The notes under the pieces were generated by a model. That model did no database searches and was not told where the DNA came from. It saw only the letters and a list, made by a program, of their open reading frames with translations. Of a DNA stretch of 64,000 bases, positions 53,098 through 64,000 are shown in pieces. Both the position numbers and the translations under genes were made by a program. Origin of the DNA: Paramecium tetraurelia (taxonomy: Eukaryota); contig CT868680.1 in assembly GCA_000165425.1 (NCBI GenBank), forward strand, positions 62,001 to 126,000, given 5' to 3'. How positions within the stretch are numbered: position 1 is the first letter of the stretch; every line of letters starts with the position of its first letter.

Positions 53098-54229
53098 TCA
53101 ATCACGTTCTTTTTCTTTTGCTAAATATCTATCAAATTCTTATTTAAATTATTATAAAGTTTAGAGTTCATCCTTAATGAAATTCAAGTATTTTTCAATT
53201 TTTTGATTATCTATTTTTTTTTCTTTTTTCCTATTTCTCTATTGTTCAGTGACATTATCACTATCCTTTCCAGAGAGGAGAATCCTTTTCACAATTTTAT
53301 TTCTCTATTTCAAGATATCCTTCATATTTTAGATTCCATGAATAACTTAGATATATTCTTTTTGAGTAGCTTCGTTTTAATTTTGTGTTCCCTCTATTTC
53401 TTTATGCTTTTAATCATTCTCATCATTGATTTATTGAATGGCCAACTTCAATTTATTGTACTTAGCATTGAATTCATAAGTTTCAGCCTATATTTTACTA
53501 TTTAACTAAAAGTATAGATGAGATAAGCATGTACCTCATTAAATTGTTGATTGATCTGATCTTTTTAGTTCTCTCTCAACTCTCTATCTTTTTTGAATTC
53601 CTCTTCCTTCTTCTTTAATCTCTCATAACGATCAATCAATTCTTTTATAGCATTTTCATCATCATTTTAACCTGTTTCCAATTCCTTTGATTTAGAGATC
53701 ACTTTTTTAAAAAATAGTTCATATTGTTAATGATTCTTTCTTCTGACTTCTAATTAATTGACTTCTTCTCTAGGAATAGATTAATTTAGATTACTGTAAC
53801 TTAGCCAATTCATTCAAAGCTTGTGCCTTTTCCTATTCCTTGGCCAATGTAATTTTCTATTCCTTAGCATACCTTTCATCATCTTATCTCTTTTTTCGAT
53901 CATTCAACATCACAACCGAGTCTTTCTTGCTTTCCAAATCTTGGTTCATTCTTCTTTATTCATCATTAAATTTCTGTGCCTCAAAAGCCAATTGCTCTTG
54001 GGTTTCTTCCATCTTCTTTTTCCTATCCTTGTATTCCAAATCGACAGTTCTTTCTTTCTATTACACTTTTAGGAGTCTAGTGTTTTAGGATTCCTCCTCT
54101 AACCTCACTAAAAACATCAAAAAGAATGAGGATACTTTCTTCTAAACGTTTCTTATTTTATTGCATTTCCTTCTCAATCTTTTTGAATCGTTAGGGATTG
54201 AAAACTTACAAATTTTATCCATAAGACAT
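53098..54229 (-). CDS. CFAP73/CCDC42-like (DUF4200) coiled-coil protein
   Basis: NTRLLKVQQKE, YELFFKKV, IKELIDRYERL match the family pattern; tiny introns. Confidence 0.6.
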
Positions 54230-54306
54230 TTTATAATTAATATTGAAATTGAAAATGAGAATTTCAAAATGTCACAATAATTATATTAGATGGATTTACT
54301 ATTTAA

Positions 54307-55855
54307 TCATGCAAGTCCTTCTGCCTCTAATTTCATTGGAATGATCTCACTATTTACAAATCTTGCTATTTCCCTATAATTGTAATATCTCATTAAATCT
54401 TTTAATTACTAAATTTATAGTAACAATTAAATACTTCCGAAGTCTTATCGATGACAGACAACATCATATCACAAACCTCAATGTTCTTCTTAATGATTTG
54501 CTTTTCCCTCATAGTCAACATGATGATATGTCTTCTAAACTCAGGAGTGGAAGGATCATTCAATCTTCTCTGATCATCCTCAATCGTACTGGCAAAGTTA
54601 GCCAACTCAGAAACTAACAAATCTCTCAATGCCTTGAATGTAGCCTTCTCTAACTCAATAGTTTTTGGTGTAGTGTGCCATCCTGGCCAAAATTGATTGT
54701 AATTTTGAACATCCTCTTCCAATTACAAGAAATCGTCCAATTTTGATATCTAAGCAAATCTGACAGTGGCCAAAGATTGTCTGAAAGTGTCATGATCAGT
54801 TTCATTGACCAATCTATTACCCCAACAAATGTTCCCTCCAGTCAATTCAACTTTCATCTTAAACATCCTATCATTTCTATCCAAACAAATGTCAAAATCA
54901 AATTGATTCATTGGATTTGTTAGACTGGCAAATCCATAATTCATAAAAAAGTATTTGTTTGACCATTGACCATAATTGTAAAATAACTCCTCTCCCTTTT
55001 GGATATTTCTGACAGCCTACATAAAGAACCCGTCTGCATCTGGAGAATACCCATATTACAGAAATCCATTATTATCATGATTGATGAAGTCTATCATATA
55101 TATATATTATATACCAGCCAATGGAACCAATAGTTATTGTTATTCATTCTCACCTATATAGACAGGGAAACTTCGAGATATGGTGAGAGTTCTAAATTTC
55201 ACAAAATCATTATAGGTATATCCATATCTTTGAAATTCTTTCACTGCCTCTTTTAAATTATCGTACTCCTCTTAGAATGTTTTTCTCTGATTCATGACTG
55301 TAAATAAAGTTGGCGATCCCTTAAGTAATGCATCTTACTCTGCATCAAAATTAGTCGGAAATCCGCTCACGTCTTTTGGCAACACGTCGATGTAGGGTTT
55401 CCAAAAGGAATTTTGTCTATTTGAATCAAAACACTCTATATACCTTCGATTCTCTTGGAGTAAGTGATTGACAAAGTAGGTCTGAATGTTGTTGGGAATA
55501 TAATTGAGTTGAATCATTTTTCTATTGATGAGACAACTTTTCTTGACTTCTTCCAATGAAAGATAATGAGTGCGTGGAACGAAGAGGACCCACTCTCCTT
55601 ATCGAATAAATTGAGAAGCTCTCAGTGTTCTATAACCTTCGCTCTTGACTTCAATTGACACTTTGGACACCTCTGCCTTGCCATCCTTCAACCACTAGAT
55701 AAGATTTTTATAAGGATCCTTAATTATGGATATAAAGATTATACTGGGTCCTCATAGGTTATTCGTTTTGATTTCGTCCTAAGTTCGGACTCCGAGTCCT
55801 CTTAACCCAAGGATAACACAAGAGTTGTTGCTAGAACACATGTGTAAAGTAACAT
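54307..55855 (-). CDS. SET-domain methyltransferase (SETD3/Rubisco-LSMT class) with apparent signal peptide
   Basis: MLLYTCVLATTLVLSLG N-terminus; LIQWLKDG, SFWKPYIDVLP, LVPLADFINHD, GEELFYNYG, NYGF, STIEDD. Confidence 0.88.
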
Positions 55856-55899
55856 AATTATTAAAATATTCTAGAAACATACGTATTCATTTTATATTT

Positions 55900-57380
55900 A
55901 TGTTTTTGCAAATTTTTGCTCTCTCCATTTTCATTCTCTGTGCTTAACCAAAAGAGGAAAATGATTTACATGTTGTGTTTGATAAGAATTCTAAACAATT
56001 CTTTGAAAAGAATGAAGTATCCATGATCTTCTTCTACACTCCTCAATGTGGCCATTGTGAAAGATTCCAACCTGAAGTCGAAAAAGCAGCCAAACAATTG
56101 AAAGAAGAAGGCTTTGTCTTTGCCAAAGTAGATGGTCACAATTACAAAGATATTGCCAAACAATTCGAAGTCACTGGATATCCATCTGTTTTCCTATCTC
56201 AAGATCATGGCAAAAAATACAAGAAATTCGAAGGACCCAGAACTAGCGATAGTGTTATCATGTGGATGTACGAATAATTGAATGAAGGAACCAAGGAATT
56301 GAAAACCATTCAATAAATCAAAGACAAGATCTCCCAAAGCCAATTGATGTATCTCTACATGGCTCAAAATGATGAAGACAGAGGTTTTCGAAGGTACAAG
56401 GATTACAGTCATACCTACGAAAACTTAGAATTTTATCACACTTTTTTAGAAAACGCATAATAAGAATTAGGATTCGGTCCCACAGATTCCTTAGTGGCTT
56501 TCAAAAAGTATGATAAATCTCCTGTGGTTTATCAACCAAAGTAGATTAAGGTTGCTGACTTAAAAGCCTTTATTGAAACCAACTGGTTTTAGAGACTCTA
56601 AGAATATAATGAGGATGTTGCCAAAAAGATATTCAAATAAGACAGATCTACATTAATACTACTGAATGATGAAACACAAATGAAAGATAGAAATGCTCAT
56701 GATGCACTCAAATCCATTAGTCTTGATCACCCTCATGAAGATCACTTATTGTTTATCAAATGCAGTGTCACAAACCAACTATTCCCAGAACTCTAAAAAT
56801 AAATTGGTGATTTCACTGGAACTCCTGCCTTGTTTGGATTACAAAAGTATGGAGTCTATAAATATAAATTCAATTAAGCATTTACCAAACAGAATCTGGA
56901 CTAGTTTATTCTTGATTTCAAAAATGGAAAAGCTCAAAAACATTTTAAATCCCAAAAATTGGACAATCCAATTTATTCAGAAAATGTTGAAATACTCACA
57001 GGTAACTCTTATCAAAAAATTATAAACTCACCAGAAGACTGGGTCGTTTTCTATTATAATTCATTTGACTCAGAACAGTATTTATTATCCATTATTCTAG
57101 TCTAACACTTTTACCTGAATTTGCTGAGATTGCCAAGTAACTTGCCTAAATTAGCAAAGTAAAATTTGCTATTGCAGATGTCACCCAAAATGAATTCAGT
57201 GATTTCTCAGACCCTACAGACATCTATAAGATTAGATTGTATAAAGGAAATAAAAACTACACTAAATTCATTTAGAAGGTTAACAAAATATAAAGGGAAA
57301 GATTGATAAACTTTATTAAAGAACACTCCAATCATGAATTCCATGATGATCGTAAGGGTAGTCATCACGATGATTTGTGA
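55900..57380 (+). CDS. Protein disulfide isomerase family member (one CGHC site, C-terminal HDDL)
   Basis: Signal peptide MFLQIFALSIFILCA, FYTPQCGHC, FAKVD, VTGYPS; last thioredoxin domain lacks CXXC; ends SHHDDL-TGA. Confidence 0.92.
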
Positions 57381-57420
57381 AATAGATTACATTGTATATT
57401 TTATATATTAAATCGATATT

Positions 57421-58349
57421 TCATTTTATTTTAAATTGAACATATTCATAAATAAGAAGGGGCCAGGCATCTACAGATTACAATAAATTAATACCGTTCT
57501 CATCGAACTTTTAATAATCATTTCCTATCGTTTCAAAGAATTTCCACACTTAACACCATAGATCAAAACTAACCTTGGTTTGATTTTAAAAGTCTGCTGG
57601 TTTGGCTTTGCAAAATGAAATAAAATCAATGATTTCTTTGAATTGACCTTTCAATAACGAATCCCAAAGGGCTATTGATTATTAAAATAGGAATTACTGA
57701 TTGCCTCAGAAAATCTTATCACATTCTTTCCTTAAGATATTACTTTAAAGTAATAGCTATACAATTTCTTGTATTTATTTTCTTTTTATATTTTCTTTAA
57801 TAAATCAGGACAAAGATTCTTCAAGTCCTTTATAGTATAACACCTAAAATGATAGAATTCCATTTTACTTTAAACGAATCATTCCCAAAAGGAATTCATC
57901 TAATGTAAATGCTGCTCCTTTTTAAGCACCAAATTTATAAGTAATATACAATTAGAGAATTTAATGATCGTATAGTCCTGCATCCTTCATAAATTTCGTG
58001 AATGAGTCATTCTATTCATCCTTATATTAAATCAGTCCATCAATCTCGTATTTTGAAAATATCTTTGTTAAATCTCCTATTCGCTTGGAGAGATTTTAAT
58101 ATTCCTTTTATGCCTTTCTAACTCTATCATAATGTCCCGCCTATTTTAACAAATATTTTGCAAATCTTCTTGTGATTTTAAGTGATTGTGATAAAGTTAT
58201 TTCATCTTAATCTTCTTGCTGCCTAAACTTTTATATTACAATAATTACATCAGGTGTGTCTATAGAAATAAAAATTATTTTTAATACTTATTTTATCGAA
58301 TCTGTGAATATATGTTTATCTTATTAAAAAAAAACTACTTAGAATTCAT
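57421..58349 (-). CDS. DCN1-like protein (cullin-binding/PONY domain)
   Basis: FTLDEFLLGMIRLKC, YKKLYSYYF, VSFDLWCQVWKF, FDENDAWPLLIYEYVQF; 5' exons uncertain. Confidence 0.85.
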
Positions 58350-59019
58350 TAGTATTAACACGTATTTATCAACACTCATATTTTTATTTAGAATAATGGT
58401 ACAGTAATAAATTACTCCTTGTTAGGATAAGAATATAAAAGATAGTAATTCAGAAAGGTATTTGGATGGGAAAAGAATTTAAATCAATCTTAATGTATTT
58501 ATTGATAATTAAGTCATTTCTAATATTCTTGTAGAAATATTAAATAAATCCATTAATTTAATAAAAAATAGAATAAATAATATAAACACAGGATGACGCA
58601 TTCTTTGATCATTTTTAATTCAAACTATTTTGTAATTGTAGCAGAATAGACATTATATATATTTTTATATAACATCTACTTTAGAAAAAAATCGGATTTA
58701 ATCAAAATATTAAATAAAAACTCTATTGGAATTTAAAGCGGTGTGGTCTTAAAAAAAGTATAAATAAAATTCCATTGACTTTGTATAACAGTACAATTGA
58801 TACCGTACTAAGTAGGTTTATATTATTTGGAAGGAAGTTAGCTTGGCTATTAATGTGAATATCTTTAACTAGATAATGGATGAGTAAAGATGTTAGAAGA
58901 TATTACAATTAATACAAATTATAGATATGATTGTTGTGTATTTTTTGTTTGATTAACAGTGTATAAATATGGATTATATAAAATTAAGAATTAAATATAT
59001 AAAATTTATATAATAAAAA

Positions 59020-62000
59020 ATGAAAAGAACTTCATTGTTTGAGGATGATAAAACAAATCTGGACAAGATTTAACACTCATTTAAAATAATGTTTTTCGAA
59101 ATAGTACATAACTTGATTTTAGGAGATAATTTCCCTTTCTTTATTTATGTATTTTTTATACTTATTGAAAGTTTATAAGTATTCCATTTTTTTTTCACTG
59201 ATGAAGTATGTTTAATAATTTAATTATTTAGTTTTCTTCGCTTTGGAAAGTGTAATCATGGACATCTGCTCTCAACTCTTTTTTTAGTTACTTTATGATT
59301 TAGCCTTATTTGAAAAATTTGAGTTTCTAAACCTATATTTTAGTGAATTATATTGTTATGGGATTAATTATGCTCCTGCTAATAGTTGTTTTATTCATAG
59401 CTTTAAAGTCAGCAAGTTTAGGTAGAATGACTGGGACTTTAATGATTTTAAAAATATTTTTTGAAGTATTAAATTATGTTTTATTCATGCCCATATTGCA
59501 ATTGTTTTTAACGATATTCAATTGTGATAACTCAACCCACATTCATAAGATATACAAGGATTAATAATGTTATAATGGAAATTATTTATTGCACGTTTTA
59601 TTGTGTTGTATTGCCTCGATAATATTGATTGCAGTGAGTACCCTCGTCACATTAATGTTTTTTGAATCAAGATTTTAGATCAACAACCCTCAATGCAAAG
59701 TTACAGGAAGAGAAGATTTGATATTTCTGATTTTTAAAGTAGTAATGGTGTTATGCTTTACAATATTGGACGTACAAAATTAAAGATTATTGATCATTAT
59801 AATCCTAACACTGTTCTCCATTAAGCTATTTCACTCCTTCAACAAATCCAGCATTTACTTAAACATCTACTTCGCCAAATTATTAAATGGTTAACACATG
59901 ATTATCCTATGGACTATGATGATGGTTGTGTTAGGCTTAATATTAGAAAACACAGATTATGATGGGGCACCTTAATTGTGGGTAATATGTACACCACTGT
60001 TATTGATCATAATTTTGGTGCGTAAAGAGTACAGATATGAAGTAATGATGGTGGATTCAAATAAGTTTGATTCTTTGGATCAATCATTGTAATTGTTATA
60101 ATACTTAACCAAATTGGTTGGATATTATGACAAAGATGAGAGTATCGCTTCATTGTTGGATGGATTTGTAGAATATCATAAAGTAACTTGTAAGCGAGAT
60201 GACTGTCCATGTTCTCCTAAAAACATGAATGACAAAAGAATTGAAAAATTTAAGAAGGGTGTGAAAGATTTATCCATGAAATCCTAATATGTCATTTTAA
60301 TTTATATTGTTGAAAAGATCTATGTGCTGAGTTTAACTCGTTATCCAAATTGTATTGAGTTGCGAATTTCGCATGCTTTATTTCTGTATGAAAAAATGCA
60401 ATCAACCATTCAAGCCTTGTAAGAATTAGCCTTGGCCGAATAGGAAAAGCCTTATTTAGATTAGTAATTCTTAATTTTCAGATTACGAAAGATAATTGAA
60501 GAACAGATGTTTGATTCTGGGAATCTGACAAATGTAAATGAATTCACAGCAGAGAATAATTTGAGGGAAATTAAAATGTTAATAGAAAAGTCTACTTAGT
60601 TGCATTTAGATTTCTGGATAAAATTAAGAGAGGATACACCAGATCTAGGGAAGTTGTATGAAGTGGGATTAAGAATGTTGTACGTCGATAAAGTCTTGGA
60701 TGATTAATGGAAGAGAATAATGAAAATCAATTTTGATATGCCACCAACTCTATTAATGATGTATTCCAGATATTTGATAGATGTACTCAATGACAGAGAA
60801 GAAGCAGAAGATGTTGTTGAAAGATTAAAGAATTTATAGACTTTTGACATGGATCGAGGAAAAATCATTAATAATCTCAAGGATTTTGTTAATGAATCCA
60901 CAGCCTTAATCAGTATTTCGGCTGAAGATGGCAATTTCAGCAGAATTTTAGGGTTAAATTAATCATGCGCTAAAACGTTTGGGTATACCAAATCGGAGTT
61001 GCTTGATAGAAAGATTAATGTCTTGATGCCCAATATTTATGCTCAATACCATGATCAATTTTTGGAAGGCTATACTTAAAGTCAAGAGAGCAGGATCTTA
61101 AATCGAGAAAGACTTTTGATAGGAAAGCATAAATCTGGATATATATTTCCATTCTTCATTTATGTCAGATATATCCCATCTTTGATTAATGGCTCTTAAT
61201 TCTTTGCTGCCATAAAGCAAGAAAGATATTTTAAAAATTAAGCTTACATGATTGTTAACAGCTTTGACATGTGCATCGAAAATATAAGTGCTTAATTCAT
61301 AAGTCTCTTCCACATTGATCTCAACTATATATCAAAGAAGAAAACTCAAGTTTCTGATCTGATTCCATAGTTTGAAGAGTTCAAATAAGAACTTATGAGT
61401 AAATAAGGTTATGAAACTACTGTTTAATATAAGAGTAGAGATTAGTTCATTTAGCAGTAATTTTAGGTCTACGTGAGTGAGATTTGCATTTGTGTGAATA
61501 GATTTATGAATAATCAGAACAAGGAAGGAAATTTAGTGTAAACTAACCTTACACTTAATGTTCCACAATCATAACATCATAAAAAGGATGAAAGATAGGC
61601 ATAATTGTTTGGTTACATCATTAAAATGGAGTAGATCAGAGGAGAGAAATCTATCTTGCAAACTCCTTCTGAACATGGACCTGCATCAGCAAGAAAACAA
61701 TTGAATTCAGCATAGAAGTTTCTTTTTTAATTTGATTCAAAAGAAATTCCTGGAATGAAAGAGAAAATTGAATAACTAAAAAAATAATATAAAAAAGACA
61801 ACAATACTAAACTTCCAGATCAATTTGTTTATAAATTTATTGGAGAGTATATATCTGATTAAAATTTTTAGATGTCGGCTATATCAATATCAAAGCAAGA
61901 TGAAACTTATGAATATTCATAAAAAAATGATGATGACAAAACCCCATCTTCTAAATTAGATGAAAAAAACAATTCTTTAGCTTTGGGAATTAAAACTATG

Positions 62001-64000
62001 ATATTAATAGGAGGGCAACTCTTTGATTCAGAAGAATATTAGAATTTGGAATTTGAAGAGGAAGAAGATGGATAATCAAAAATAGTTGGTTAAATGCCAT
62101 CGAAATAGGAAGAAGATTAAGAATAAGATAATGGAAATGCAAATGTCTATAAATCTAAGAAGACTTTTGTTCAATTTTTAAAAGAAAGCAAAAGCGCTAA
62201 CTAATCAAGTTTAACATGTTTTAGATGGAATGCTGCATTACTTATCATTTTCTTAGGAGTTTTAGGTCTTCTAAATTATATTTTAACTCAACAACTATTT
62301 TTTGGAGTCTATGATGGTTATAAGAATGTTATAAATAGTAACTAAAGAGTTGCTTTGGGTTAAAGAATTCTATGGTAAACAGTAGAATTATATCTATTGA
62401 TTTAGCTAAACCCATATGTTGATTAAACCAAAAATATTGCTGATTAAAGGCAAAGTTTAAACTAGAGCATTTCCAATTTGTAAGAACTTTAATTCGTTTT
62501 ACAATCCGCAGTTGTTGAAGGAGATTAAGTTGATTTAATTAGAACTAATTCTGTTAAAATGACTGGGAGAGATCAAAGTGGAACTTTATCAACATAATTA
62601 GTGGATCTAAATTAAGGAACGGCTTAGATTTTATCAAAGGCCTTAGAATTGCTATAGAGTTATAATCCAGAGTCATAATTTTTTGTTAGTTATAATTTGC
62701 TTAATAATTATTTTGAAGCTGTTGTATAGAGTGCAAACATTTATGGAGCCCAATTGAGGGATAAACTGAATGGATCCTCTATAGTCATCACCTTATTTAT
62801 TGTTGCGTGTGCATTTGCTGTAGTATCAGTACCATTGATCGCATGCATGTTTAGTTTAGTAAGTCAGAACTAAGAGATTATTATGAAACTATTTTTATAA
62901 ATTTAGATTAATAAAGTTAAGAAATTGGTGAATATTTGTGAAGGCTTTTTCAATTCACTTTAAGTAGGAGAAGAGGATGATGAATTGCACAGAGATAATG
63001 AAGGATTTATGGATGATGACGAAGTGTAGGATGAAGATGAGGAATATTTGGAGAGACACAAAAAGAGAAAGAAATATAAATACGATTTAAAAAATAAGCG
63101 TAACTTTTATCTTAAATTTGCTATTTCAATGGTAATGTTATTAGGATACTTTTTAACTCACTTTTTAATTGGAGATTATTTATAAAATGCCTTTAGTTCA
63201 TTAATTGATGAAATAGAAGCCACTAGCTAGTTAGTTCCTAATATTACATTTTCTAATAATGTAATAAGGTAAATGATAATTGATCCCACCTTTGAAGTTA
63301 AAGGAAGCTCCTCCTATCTCATCTCTTCCACCTTTGTTAAAGAGCTATATGATCTCAATACTAAAATCTAAAAAGAACATTCTTCAAATATTCAATATCA
63401 CAATCCTACGTATAATACACATTTTGATTCTCTGATGAAATCAGGAGCCTGTTCATACCTATTTTCAATTGTTGAAATTGATATTAATACTTGTTAATCA
63501 TTCATCGAAGGCATAATTGATTAATCCTTATCCTTAGCACTCTCAAGATATTTTGAAGATATCAGATCCCAATTATAAGAATATAATAACATTATAAAGG
63601 ATCCCTCACATAAGATATCTGGAACTCTTTACAATTTCACTTCCAATTCAACTTATAATAAAGCCTTATCTCTCCTATACACTGATACCTAAAGGAATGA
63701 AATTGGTATGTTAATTTAATTTAATTTTAGACATTTTATAAGATCTATACCTGAGACAAATCTTTTCATATACAACTGACTTATTTTTGACTAGTGTACA
63801 ATAAGATGTTGATACAAATACAACTACATCTGTAGCGATATTTATCGTATTTTTAGTTGTTTTAGTTTTGATCTACCTTTTCTTTTGGTGGCCAACTGCT
63901 ACTAAAATAAATAATGAAGTAAAATATTAAATATAAATTATTTAGATAAAGAAAACAACTTTATTATTAGCCAATATTCCTTTAAGTTTAATTAAACGAA
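59020..64000 (+). CDS. Large multi-TM PAS-domain protein (TmcB/TmcC-like), runs off the window
   Basis: N-terminal TM cluster, HKVTCKRDDCPC, LHLDFWIKL, PAS segment TFGYTKSELLDRKINVLMPNIYAQYHDQFL, GKHKSGYIFP, further TM segments; no stop before the window end. Confidence 0.85.

Noticed and set aside
53203..54088. Hydrophobic F/L/S-rich + strand track ORFs
   Set aside because: Antisense shadows of the K/E-rich coiled-coil gene on the minus strand.
1..64000. tRNA, rRNA, telomeric repeats, transposase, CRISPR array, retained IES
   Set aside because: No T-loop/cloverleaf, C4A2/C3A3 arrays, DDE/RT motifs or spaced repeats were seen. IESs cannot be called without germline reads.

Overview
AT-rich, gene-dense eukaryotic DNA that reads coherently only with the ciliate nuclear code (TAA/TAG = Gln, TGA = sole stop) and tiny GT..AG introns of about 21-29 nt. 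Together with two trichocyst matrix protein genes, this points to a Paramecium macronuclear scaffold. The supplied ORF track uses the standard code, so it fragments the real genes and many of its ORFs are antisense shadows. Re-reading by hand gives about 38 genes. Recognisable ones are a MORN-repeat protein, 2 TMPs, PhLP2, two kinases, a SNM1/Apollo-type nuclease, DNAJB12-like, NudE-like, Atg4, DEGS, RPL27a, COMMD4, a CAP protein, alpha-amylase, Timeless, BI-1/LFG, a tetraspanin, a cAMP-receptor-like GPCR, EB1-like, ACSBG, CFAP73-like, a SET methyltransferase, PDI, DCN1-like and a PAS membrane protein. There is one 155-N gap. I saw no tRNA/rRNA, transposon, telomere or CRISPR. The most interesting observations are a SET methyltransferase with an apparent signal peptide lying head-to-head with an ER PDI, an 8-Cys mini-protein ending in HDGL, a truncated-globin-like domain lacking the proximal His, several likely pseudo-enzymes, and very short intergenic spacers (11-16 bp). 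Coordinates span introns, were derived by hand, and family calls come from motif recognition without database searches.
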